Shown here: positions 22,259 through 34,089 of the stretch, piece by piece
Position numbering within the stretch: the first letter of the stretch is position 1
Layout of the letters: each line of letters begins with the position of its first letter
Source of the DNA: Azolla caroliniana
Lineage: Eukaryota; Plantae; Polypodiophyta
Assembly: GCA_043228905.1 (NCBI GenBank)
Contig: JBHGNT010000006.1
Location: forward strand, 23,064,001 to 23,128,000
Direction: 5' to 3'
Length of the DNA stretch: 64,000 nt
Position numbers and translations under genes: made by a program
Notes under the pieces: model-generated
What the model was told of the DNA's origin: nothing
Database searches by the model: none
Seen by the model: only the letters and a program-made list of their open reading frames with translations

Positions 22259-24510
22259 CCGTGATAAGACTTACCAAAATTGAGAAATGTAACCCCAAAT
22301 CTGACAAGCAATCAGACATTGTATATAAATCGATGAGTACTATCTTCCATTTGAACAATGCAAAAAAACCAATTACCCGTTGCTAATCCACGACCCTTTA
22401 GAACTAATCCCAAAGACAATCCTCTAATCAAAACTCTCCAAATTAAGACCTTAGATGATCAAATTTGTAAGATTTGCCACCACCCATGATCAAATTTGTG
22501 TATTCTCTATTCTTCTTTAGCCTTAGATGATAATCATCCAAGAGACTAAGCAAAGCAATGACACAAAAGATTAGTAGTCACTTGTAGCAACGACGCTTGA
22601 CCCTTTAAACACCAATCAATCCACGGTTGTTCTCCTATTTGTAGAGGTAAGGGACCTTGCATCAATGGAATATTTTGTAGTTGTTGCCAAATAAACCGAT
22701 AATTAGGTGGAATGCGTAATAATTATCACGCTTCAACAAACTCAAAAATTCTTTGAGATAAAGCCTCAACTATATCTCCCACCTCTTTGACCCCCAAACG
22801 ATTAAATTGAGAGCGCAATCTCTCCTTTCCTAGCCAACATAATAATCTTCCACAACAAATATTGAAGAGGTTGCAAAATAGAATGCAAAGCCTTCTTTGT
22901 CCATGGCAACAATGGCAAGTAATATAATATCATGGGTTCCATAATACATTGTACAACCTTCAAAAGTACATGAAATGGCCAAGATTGTGCCATCCAATAC
23001 ATGAACTTATTCCTCAACTTGCTAGACATCCATTCAATCAATTGACCATTTGTAACATTCATTCCTAATGCATATCCCAAGTGTCAAAAAATAGAGTCTT
23101 TCTTCACCACAAATACTTGCCATCCTAAACATTCCAAATCCTTTTCAATACATGATATGAGACTAGACTTCCTCCAATTAATATGTAATCCGGAAGCCAA
23201 TGCAAATTGGTTCCATACAAGCATCCCCTTCTCAAGATTTGCTCACGAGGCTTGTAGAAACATGAAAGAATCATCAACCAAAGCTTGTGCTACAAGTTGC
23301 CCTCCAGACGGAAGGTTTAGACCCACAATGTCACCATTTGTTGCAAACCTTGATAACATCACTAACAAGGGATGAGTAACAACAACAAACAACAATGGAC
23401 TAAGAGGGCATCCTTCATGAATGAATCTTGTGTGAAGGAAATATCTAATATAACTCGGGACCCCCATTAAGGATTACCGAGACACCGCATCTTGTCCTAA
23501 TAAAAATATGAGGCGAGACATGAGGTCCAAAGCACATTGTATGCATTAAACTAGAAACAAAGGAACAATGAACATGATCATAAGCTTTCTCCATATCTAA
23601 TTACACAATAATCAATTCTTGATGATTGTTTTGAGCATAATCCATGGCCATTTGAACATTCAACACATTATGCAATATATTCCTCCCTGCAACAAAACCA
23701 TATTGGGCAGGATGTATCAACTTTGGAAAATACTTTTGTAATCTATTTGCCAAGACCTTTGTATCAACTCCACCATCAAAGAAATAGGTCTCCATTAATG
23801 AAATGATTTGGGAGATGTCACCTTTGGAACTATTTTGATTAGACGAACCTTCCAAGCTTGAGGCATATGACGAGAATCCCAAGAATGTTGAAACATCAAA
23901 GTTAAGGACCCCTTAAAAATGTTGGAATATCGCTTAAAAACTTCATTTGTTAAGCCATCCCAACCAGGGCTCTTAACACTCAGAAGATGCCTTAAAACTG
24001 TGTCCACGTCATCCTCAGTGAAATCCGCATCCAATTCATGACTAATGAGGTCATGTAGAATAAATGTTCAATTCAGAGACGCTGAACCAACAAAAGGCCC
24101 AGTGGAAGAGGCGCAAACACCACGACAACAAGGGTGCTGAGAAAGGCCGCATGAGCAGACAAGCCGACAGGAAGGGTCGAGGTGCGCGGAATTGAACGAG
24201 TCGAGGAGCGCGAACGAGGCGTGAAGCCAGGAGAAGCCAGAATGAAAATCCAAAAGAGCAGGCGGAACCTCAAGTTGAGCTTGAGGGGGAGTGTTGAGAT
24301 ACAAGCTCAACATTGGGTGCATAAACCGGTGCGTAAAGCGGGTGAGCAACGAGAGGCCGTAGCGGTGCTCAAACCGGGAGGCCGTTGGATAGATATTCCG
24401 TGCAGGAATATATTCTTGGGAGTTAGTGTAAGGGCTCATTGATGAGCATTGAAGTACGACGTGTCGGTACTTCCGTCAGTTTGTATGGACTTGTATAAAA
24501 TTGCTCTCTA
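22259..24510. repeat. Segmental duplication, copy A (paralogue 56581-58662 + 63965-64000)
   Basis: Near-identical sequence starting CCGTGATAAGACTTACC in both copies. Confidence 0.95.
22802..24060 (-). pseudogene. L1-type LINE reverse transcriptase remnant
   Basis: KSPGWDGL, KVLANRL...QYGFVAGRNI, LDMEKAYD, GCPLSPLLF, LVDDS; frameshifted. Confidence 0.9.
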
Positions 24511-24596
24511 AGCACATCCTATGTATAGAGTTTTTTAGAGTATTATTTTGGAATAGAGTTTTTTGTGCTCTGCTCTCTCTGTCTCTCTTGCGTACA
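24070..24596 (+). mobile_element. Old LTR-element 3' end (PPT + LTR from 24292), Copia-like; right end uncertain
   Basis: GAGGGGGAG followed by TGTTGAG; related LTR sequence at 40909-41270 (minus). Confidence 0.6.
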
Positions 24597-24859
24597 TTGT
24601 GTTGATTAAGCTTTCCATTAGACTAGGACTTGATGACATGTAGATGTAGTAAGCTGAACTTGTGCAAAAAAAACTCTACTCACTGGACTCGATGAAATGG
24701 AACTAGGACTATGAACTAGCTCTATAGATCTAGGATAGTCCAACCAAATGGCTCCTATTTTGCTTGGACTTACTCGTTTAATACATCCTCTAATTGACTC
24801 AAGACATCGAATCAATTCTCATGTCATGGACTATTAGGCTTACTTATGTTATTAGAAGT

Positions 24860-25240
24860 AACAATGGAACTTGAATTAGGGATGTCAAGTGCACTTACTT
24901 GGTATAATTGACGCCTAGGCTTATGTGGACAATTCACGACTATATGTCCTGGACTACCGCAATATAGGCAAAGGCGGTGTGCTCGATATCGTTGTTTCTT
25001 AGCACGTGATAAAGGCCTCGACTTTGTGTTGACTCTATTTCCATCGGAGTTAGGCCATCTGTTGTAATGGATCTGGACACTTGTGGACGCGTTGTGACTA
25101 TAGAAGCATATATTTGTTCTTGTTGGCGGCTATAGAAGCCTCGAAATAAAGACCTCCTACCATCAAACTTGGTAGGGAGGCTAATCTTTGATTCTCGAGG
25201 GGAGTTTTGAGCCCCAACCGCTTGTTCTTGTAATGACAAT
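24860..25240 (-). pseudogene. Tcn1-like Gypsy gag fragment
   Basis: ESKISLPTKFDGRRSLFRGF and TPMEIE motifs. Confidence 0.7.
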
Positions 25241-25299
25241 ATAGTAGCCTCGAGTTGGTGAACCCGTTGTCGTGCCTTTCAACGCCCGATCATTGCGCT

Positions 25300-26085
25300 C
25301 GGCCACCGTCATCATGTTGTTAGCCTCTTGTTGATTCTCCATCTCCTTGCGACCCGTTTTCATGCCGGGTTCACCAAATGTGTCATGCATTTCGGCGCCG
25401 GATCGTTGTGTGAGTCGGGTGGGAATCGCTGGGATTTTCAACTAGGAGGAGGAAGAATTTGAAATGAGTCTAATTATGAATATATTGCAAGAAAGAGAGA
25501 TAGGGAACTCGTGAATTCCACGAGTATAACATATTAATCAATATTTAGAAAAGGATATGAATTTATATTGAAAGACAGTAATAGATAGAAAACATCATGA
25601 ATCCCCACGAATGTAATATATTAATCAACCCTTATGAAGGAAAATCAACCCCCTTACAATTTGACCCCCACCCCTATATAGTGATGGGAGAGACCAAGTA
25701 TATAGTAATCCATGCTTTTCTTAACTATAGACCTCATGCTTTTTTCCTTCTAATAACAATGTTCATGCACGTGAGATACATGTATGAATTGCTTTTTCGA
25801 TTATTCGTTTTCTTTTGATTAAAGTTTTATGCACTCTACGTGTAAAAGTAGCTTTTCCTAAAAATTATACATAAAATAATCTTTGTATGTGGGATATCTA
25901 CTTGTCTAACAGTAATGATGTGTTAGTATAATGGTAAAGCTATAGCTCATTAACATGGAGGTATAGGGTTTGAATCCTACCGTATGCATGTAACATACAT
26001 TTTAATATTTTCTTCGGTTTCTTCATATTTATCCAATTAGTTATTGTATATGTTTTTCATGTATCGTACAAATTACACTACGTCA
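25300..26085 (-). mobile_element. Second, older copy of the fungal-like Gypsy 5' end (LTR 25381-26085, degenerate tRNA-Trp PBS, gag start)
   Basis: Homologous to 21390-22258; A-box 25924-25934 and B-box 25967-25977 on plus strand. Confidence 0.8.
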
Positions 26086-26367
26086 CCATTGTGGTAACTC
26101 TTCATATTGTTGAGCTTTCTCGGTACTCATTTTTTGTAGGTCTACAAGTAGCCTTTGATTTTCATGCTCTAATGCCACAAATTTATTCGTGAGCATGTCG
26201 AGCTCAGAAAGAACACGCATACATTCTTGTTTGCTTAGGACTCCATAACTTACGAGGGGAGGAGAAGAAAGAAGAGAACTTGTTGGAAGAGGGAGAAATG
26301 AAAAATTGGTTCAAACTGTCAAGACAAAGAGAGAGAGAGAATTGAAAACAAAATATTGTAGTGCACT

Positions 26368-26661
26368 TGTCATGATAGAGCATGGTATGGCATTAAAAGG
26401 ATTGAAACCCATAACCTAGTGTCACATGGGCTGAAGCCCTACCATTAAACTATATATTATAATATAAAAAATATTGGTTTCATTTATTATTTCACTATAG
26501 AAAATTGGTGTATATTCCAAATTTCTCTAGAGCATTCTAGAAACTTCAGGAGTATAAAAAGAGGCACAAGGCATTATTTCGAATCAATTCGGTTCAACGC
26601 CAGTCTTAAGCCTCCTAGCTATTCTTGTACTTACTGTTCATATAATATATTACATGTTATC

Positions 26662-26702
<41 letters not shown>

Positions 26703-27935
26703 TGATGAGTCTTACACATTCCCTTCCTCTTAGTACTAATCCTCAGTACTTTCCTTCCCTAGTGCTAATTCTCTCTCTATTTTTAGTAGTACATTCCTAA
26801 CCGTTTGAACCGAATTGAGTCATCCTCTTATCCCTCCTTCCCTTCATACTAATCCTCTTATCCTCCCTAGTAAATGGCAATTGTTAGCCCTCAAGAATAC
26901 CAATATGTTTTCTCGGAGTTCCAATGCTTAAAAGAGAAGTTTGTAGCACTAGAACAAGAAAATCATCGTCTGTTGGGGGATCTTCAACAAATAGCTCTAA
27001 AAGAACAACAACACGGGGAGCTAACGTTACGTGTGCAACAACTTCAAGCGACTATTGTATCATGACAACAAGGATCAAGTGCTCAAGGTGACAGGAACTC
27101 TACGTCCCGTATGCGCAACGCTCGGCCACAACCGAGCTTAGAATCATACACACAGAAAAACGGTGAAGGAATGCACGACACGAAGAAGAGAAGAGTACAC
27201 AAGATGTTTACGTGGAAAACCCAAACTAAGGGGAAAAACCACGGCAGCCCACAGGCTGCAAACTATCACTATGTTAGAATGTACAACAGTGAGTTCACGG
27301 AAGCAACGACCTCGTGCTCACGATCTTCGCCACAGGCGGCGGTTACAACAAAGGCAACGACCTCTTTCTCTCTCTCTCTCTCTGTACACTATTACGCGCT
27401 CTCTCTCTCCTTGCACCAACAAGAATGACAACAACCCTTCACAAAAGTTTGCCCTAAGTCATATTTATACTAATATGACTTTTCAGCTATTTACAAATAT
27501 AGCCTCGATGGACTCTCAGAAACATATTTACGAATATGTCTCTTCATCCGGTGAGCATTCCTCACCGGGTCTGCACCATCCGGCTCTCCGTAGCCGGGTA
27601 CTCCTCATTCGGTTCTCACCGGATCTGCACCATCCAGTTCTACGTAGCCGGGTACTCCTCATCCGATTCTCACCGGGTTTGCACCATCCGGCTCTCCGTA
27701 GCCGGGTACTCCTCATCCGGTTTCCACCGGGTCTGCACCATCCGGCTCTCCGTAGTCGGGTACTCCTCATCCGGTTTTGGCCTATCGGCCTCGGCCGAGT
27801 TTGCTCATCAACACTGTTCTTCTCCCTTCCCATCCGGAGGGACCTGTCTCCCAACACAAGGGACTCACAAAGAACCCAAGATTGGTCTTCCTATAAAATT
27901 TGATGGAACCCAATCACAGTTTAGAGGTTTTCTTA
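26368..27935 (+). mobile_element. Tcn1-like Gypsy 5' LTR and gag start, interrupted by a Copia solo LTR
   Basis: TGTCATG start, TATA 26553, gag MAIVSPQE...THKEPKIGLPIKFDGTQSQFRGFLN. Confidence 0.75.
27089..27856 (-). mobile_element. Copia solo LTR (same family as 6461, 10167, 13400)
   Basis: TG...CA ends, 5-bp TSD CAAGG (27084-27088, 27857-27861); empty site GCTCAAGGGACTC in the duplicate near 29353-29365. Confidence 0.95.
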
Positions 27936-28072
27936 ATTATTATCACTAAAACGATCTCTCTCTCTCTCTCTCATTTGGTGAAAACACACAATTATATTAA
28001 TAAATGTGTATGGAAACACTACTTACAATGGGTGTGACAATGGAATATAATCACCCACTAAACCCTAAACCC

Positions 28073-29385
28073 TAACTATAGACCTCATGCTTTTTTCCTT
28101 CTAATAACAATGTTCATGCACGTGAGATACATGCATGAATTGCTTTTTCGATCATTCGTTTTCTTTTGATTAAAGTTTTATGCACTCTACGTGTAGAAGT
28201 AGCTTTTCCTAAAAATTATACATAAAATAATCTTTGTATGTGGGATATCTACTTGTCTAACAATAATGATGTGTTAGTATAATGGTAAAGCTATAGCTCA
28301 TTAACATGGAGGTATAGGGTTTGAATCCTACCGTATGCATGTAACATACATTTTAATATTTTCTTCGGTTTCTTCATATTTATCCAATTAGTTATTGTAT
28401 ACGTTTTTCACGTACTGTACAAATTACACTACGACACCATTGTGGTAACTCTTCATATTGTTGAGCTTTTTTAGTACTCACTTTTTGTAGGTCTACAAGT
28501 AGCCTTTGATTTTCATGCTCTAAGGCCACAAATTTATTCGTGAGCATGTCGAGCTCAGAAAGAACACACATACATTCTTGTTTGCTTAGGACTCCATAAC
28601 TTGTTGGAAGAGGGAGAAATGAAAATTTGGTTCAAACTGTCAAGACAGAGAGAGAGACAGAGAGAGACAGAGAGAGAATTGAAAACAAAATATTGTAGTG
28701 CACTTGTCATGATATAGCATGGTATGGCATTAAAAGGATTGAAACCCATGACCTAGTGTCACATGGGTTGAAGCCCTACCATTAAGCTATAGAAAATTGG
28801 TGTATATTCCAAATTTCTCTAGAACATTCTAGAAACTTCAGGTGTATAAAAAGAGGCACAAGGCATTATTTCGAATCAATTCGGTTCAACGCCAGTCTTA
28901 AGCCTCCTCCTAGCTATTCTTGTACTTACTCTTCATATAATATATCACATGTTATCATCTCTCTCTCCCTCTGATGAGTCTTACACATTCCCTTCCTCTT
29001 AGTACTAATCCTTAGTACTTTCCTTCCCTATTGCTAATTCTATCTCTATTTTTAGTAGTACATTCCTAACCATTTGAACTGAATTGAGTCATCCTCTTAT
29101 CCCTCCTTCGCTTCATACTAATCCTCTTATCCTCCCTAGTAAATAGCAATTGTTAGCGCTCAAGAATACCAATATGTTTTCTCGGAGTTCCAGTGCTTAA
29201 AAGAGAAGTTTGTAGCACTAGAACAAGAAAATCATCGTCTGTTGGGGGATCTCCAACAAATAGCTCTAGAAAAACAACAAGAACACGGGGAGCTAACGTT
29301 ACGTGTGCAACAACTTAAAGCGACTATTGTATCATGACAACAAGGATCAAGCGCTCAAGGGACTCACAAAGAACCCAAGATTGGC
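28073..29385. repeat. Local direct duplication of 25722-27088 + 27862-27886, lacking the solo LTR
   Basis: Near-identical sequence with small indels. Confidence 0.92.
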
Positions 29386-29514
29386 TATTGCATTAAGTAA
29401 TGATTTCTCTGCACCCATATAAGCTGCAAAGACCTGAATCTGATGTGGTTGTAGGAGACAACGTGATTGTTGATTGTAGGTGTCATTTACTGGTCGAATT
29501 TCGAATTCCAAATG

Positions 29515-32500
29515 TCAAAATAGGGCATCGTCTTTACCATGTTGGGCATCAGGACGAAAAACAATTTGAAAGTCATAGTCAGCCAACAAGGTCGACCATT
29601 GCGCTTGCCTCCGGTTCAAAATGCAAGTAGTGGTGAAGTAGACGAGGTTCTTGTGATCGGTCACCACTTGGACACGGTGTTGGGCGCCTGCTAAGTAAGG
29701 ACGCCATTCTTCAAAGGCTGCAATAATGGTAGAGAGTTCTTTGTCATAAACTGGGTAGTTGATCTCGGGAGGTGTGAACTTCCGAGAAAAAAAGGCAACA
29801 GGATGAAGAATCCCATTGTTATCTGATCGAGAGAGAATTGCACCGATGGCGAAGTCAGAGGCATCAGTTTCGATTGTAAATGGTTTGGTCAGATCTGGGT
29901 GTAGAAGTACCGGAGCCGTGGTAAAAGTTTTTTTTAGTGTCTCGAATGCTAGTTGGGTTGTGGGAGTCCAGCAAAAAGGGGAATCCTTCCGAGTGAGTGC
30001 TATAAGTGGTTGCGCCAATGTAGAGAATCCTTGAATGAATCGACGATAGAAGTTGGCAAAACCCAAAAATGATTGCACATCCTTGACACTGGTGGGGATT
30101 TCCCACTGTTGAACCGTTTCGACTTTCTTCTCATCCATAGGATACCATCAGATGAAATGACATACCCGATGAATTCAACTGAGGTTCGATCAAACTCACA
30201 CTTATCGGGTTTCGCATAAAGTCCATGTTCCCGAAGTTTGGTCAAGATAAGTCGAACATGCTTGGTGTGCTCTATGTAGTCCTGTGAGAAGATAAGTATG
30301 TCGTCGAGATAGATGACCACAAATTGGTCTAGACATTCTCGGAAGATGTCATTCATCATATGCTGGAAAACGGCAGGAGCATTTGTGAGACCAAATGGCA
30401 TTACCATGTGTTCAAAATGCCCATACCTGGTTCAAAATTCCGTTTTCCACTCATCTCCAGGCTTGACACATACCAAGTTGTAGGCGCCTCTAAGATCGAT
30501 TTTGGAGAATATACGCCCAGCCTGAAGTCGGTCTAGGAGTTCACGGATTAGAGGTAGTGGATAGCGGTTTCAAACCATGACTCGATTGAGCCCGCGATAG
30601 TCGATACATAGGCGCAACGTTCCATCTTCCTTGTCGACAAATAGAATACGAGAGCCAACTCGAGATTTCGAGTGGCGAATGAATCCATTTATGAGATTCC
30701 CTTCAATTTATATTTTGAGGGTCTTGAGTTCAGGCTCACATAACCCATAGATACGGCCAAATGGAGGACAAGCACCATCTTTCAAGTCAACTAGACAATC
30801 GTATGGGCGATGTTCGGGTTGACGATCAACATTTTTCTTCTCAAATACATCTGAGAAATCATTCTATTTTGATGGAAAAGAGCTAGTACATAGGGTAGTA
30901 TCTGGAGTGGACATGACCGCCATGTCCTTAGAATTAGAAATGGATGCAATCAACATTGTATAGCTTACCCGAGCAAGAGTTGGAACGGTTTTCGAGGATG
31001 ACAAGAGACTAACTATCGATGTTGTTTCTATTGGAGCAACTGTTGACATGGTTCTCGTTGAAGAGGAAATGGGAGCGACCGATAACCTGGTCCTCACCGG
31101 AGCAGAAATGGGGTTGCCCCTGAAATATGGGTGGGAGCGACTGTTGACGCGGTCCTCACTGGAGCAGAAACTGGAATCGGAGCAACCATTGATGTGGTTC
31201 TCACTAGAGCCAAAACTGGAGTTGTCCCCCAAACATGAGTGGGAGCAACCGTTGAGACGGTCCTCACCGGAGTAGGCGGCGAAACAAATGGTGGATCATT
31301 GGCTCGAAGAAGGGTGGACGTAATACCTTGTGAGTGAGAATTCAAGGTGAAATTGATGGTGTGAGATCGTCAATGCACGACTGGATTGTGAGTTTCGAGC
31401 CATGATTAGCCCAAGATGATAGGATGTCGAGGTGATGTGATGAGGTTAAAATTGATTTCTTCCTAGTGGGCCCCTATGTGGAGACCCAAGGGAATTGTTG
31501 TATTTGTGATGGCACCAGAAGAGAGCGTTCGACCATCGATCACTTCAACTAGAATCGGGACGGTTAATTTGTTGCTTGGAATGTTGTGTTTCCGTGCAAA
31601 CATGATGTCAATAAAGCATGACCTGGACGCAGAATCCAACAAAGCTTTTTGTCTTCAGAGTGGTAGAATCAAACTGAAGAGTGATCGGAATCGCGAAATT
31701 TGTTGTCGAGGAAGTCAATTGATTGGGCCCTTCACATAATTGTTGACTCTTGTGGTCCAGATGCACATCCCCTACTGCAACTGGATATTGGAGTTTTCCT
31801 GTACGCCGAAAATGTCAACCCCATCCACACAATGTGGTGTTTGATAGGGTCCCTTTTTTGGGCAAGAGCGGATCAAATGGTCAGGGCTGCCACAATAGAG
31901 ACCTAAATTGTTGGCCTGACGATGTTGTTGTTGCGCATTAGTCAATGGTGGATAGTGAATTCGATCGATCTCCATTGGGGAGGTAGAATCTGTGGTGGGA
32001 GTTGAAGATGAACTGGAGGATGACATGGGAGGCGGTGTCGTCAACCATGGTAGGTGACTTCACGTAGCGGCTGGCCAAGATGGATGGATCCGGTGAGGAC
32101 GTTCCTCTTGCCGGAACTCAAAGAGACGGTTATCGCAGCGCACAACTTGGGAAATAGCCTCATTCAAAGATGTGGGCTTAGGAAAATTACGTAAAAGATT
32201 TTTTATCACACCTCGTAATCCTCAACGGAATTGATCGAGGAGGGCTTGTCCGTCCGACTCGACATTGCATGCGAACTGACGAAATTCGGATGTATATAGT
32301 TTGTTGAGATGCGGGTCGTCATTTGTCGGCCTTGTTGTAATGCATATAGTTTGTTGAGTGCGGCTCTTCATTTGTCGGTCTCCCCAAAAGATGCCTCAAA
32401 TTCGGTAAGAAATGCTTGGAAGTCATTCAAGAGAGGTGACGAGGTCTCCACTAGAAGGGCAAACCAAGCTTGTGCTTGTCCTGTCAGCAACGTGTCGATG

Positions 32501-33170
32501 AGCCGAACTTGTCGAAAGTCATTAGAATAGCAACGGGGCTGAAGACAAATAATAAGGTGGATTTGGTTGATGAAACCTCTTAGCCGTGACCTTGTTCCAT
32601 CTAATTTGTCTAACAAGCTGACATTGGGTTCTATAGGATAAGGGTCAACAATCGGGTGAGGTATAACTGGTGTGGCTGCCTAAAATTCTTGAGCCGAGTT
32701 TCGCAAGTTCACATTTTCATGTTGGAGTTGTTGCACGACCACCAAAATTTGCTCAAGATTACTAGATGATTCTGACATGATAGTGTATTGAGAAAGAAGG
32801 AAAGAAAGAAAGGAGGAGATCAATCTGTCACGGATGAAGAATTGGGGGTAAAGAGATGGGGAAGTTTATGAGATAGGGAGATCGAGAAGTTGATGACAAT
32901 GAGTAAAAATATCTATTCCATGAGTGGTGTTGATCTCCTTGATATTAACAAGGGAGATCAACCCTTTTTATACATGTAGTGATTCATGATAAGCATGTTC
33001 ATGCCAAGTCTTACATACTATAATATCAAGCATACTAATTCTTGCATGCCAAGTCTTACATACTCAGTGTTACATACTCAGTCTTACATACTAGATCTTA
33101 TATACCACGCTTTATACAAAGGTTTGAAGTCTAAAGTTTGTCTAGGAGAAATATTTATACAAGGGCCTAA
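29515..33170 (-). mobile_element. Tcn1-like Gypsy (5' LTR from 32826, gag, PR, RT, RNase H), degenerate and 3'-truncated
   Basis: LDGTRSRLRGFINQ gag; [26 protein letters not shown]; [29 protein letters not shown] RNase H. Confidence 0.92.
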
Positions 33171-33175
33171 GGTTC

Positions 33176-33735
33176 AAATTCGCGTCCATGTTCATGACAC
33201 CATGGTTCGAATTGCACAATCCGGACATAGATTGGAAAACAAGAGAAATCAGGTGTCGAGAACCCCAAGAATCTACTCATAAGGTTTCAACCATTCTATT
33301 ACATCAACTGTGTGAGGAAGGACACACGGAATCAATGTTTGTATTCGCAGTATCAGTGAGACGTTTCAACACTGCTAAGGAGGAGTCAACAATTCAACTT
33401 CCAAAAAACTATCATCATTATGACGATGTTTTTTATAAGGTAAAAGCTAGTACTCTTCCTCATCATTGACCGTATGATTGTCCCATTGATTTACAACTAG
33501 GAAAAGAGCCACCGTGGGCACCAATCTACAACTTGTCACCAATAGAACTTGAAGTTCTTCGAGCTGACATAGAGGAAAATTTGGCAAACAGGTTCATTCG
33601 ACATTGGAAGTCTCTAGCCGATGCACCCATTTTCTTCGACAAGAAAAACGATGGCTCACTACATCTAGTTGTAGATTACCGTGGCTTGAATAACATCACT
33701 ATCAGGAATAGGTATGCACTTCCCTTCATCTCGAC
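33176..33735 (+). pseudogene. Tcn1-like Gypsy PR/RT fragment
   Basis: PWFELHNPDIDWK, PYDCPIDL, APIFFDKKNDGSLHLVVDYRGLN. Confidence 0.85.
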
Positions 33736-34047
33736 TGTAGGGGGTTTAACCCATGACCTCCTGGTCTTATTGGGCAACCATACCAGTTGAGCTACATCCA
33801 TCTATGAATTATTGTATTGTATAAGATTCAACTTATTACATTGTAGGTTAATCACTAGAACTTTCAAGAAACTTCTAGAGAAATCTTCTTCATGCACTCT
33901 TTAGAAGTTTCCATGCACTCTCTGGATGTTTCATAGCTTACATGCATATCTCCACATTCTTGTATAAATACTCGAGTGCATCATCATTACAATCAAGGTG
34001 AACAACACCAGTTATAGAAGCTTAATTCCGTTCTCACCCTCTTGTCT

Positions 34048-34089
<42 letters not shown>

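Noticed and set aside
25915-25990. Functional tRNA genes at the A/B-box cassettes
   Set aside because: No consistent cloverleaf or anticodon arm and no clear oligo-T terminator; reported only as tRNA-like promoter cassettes.
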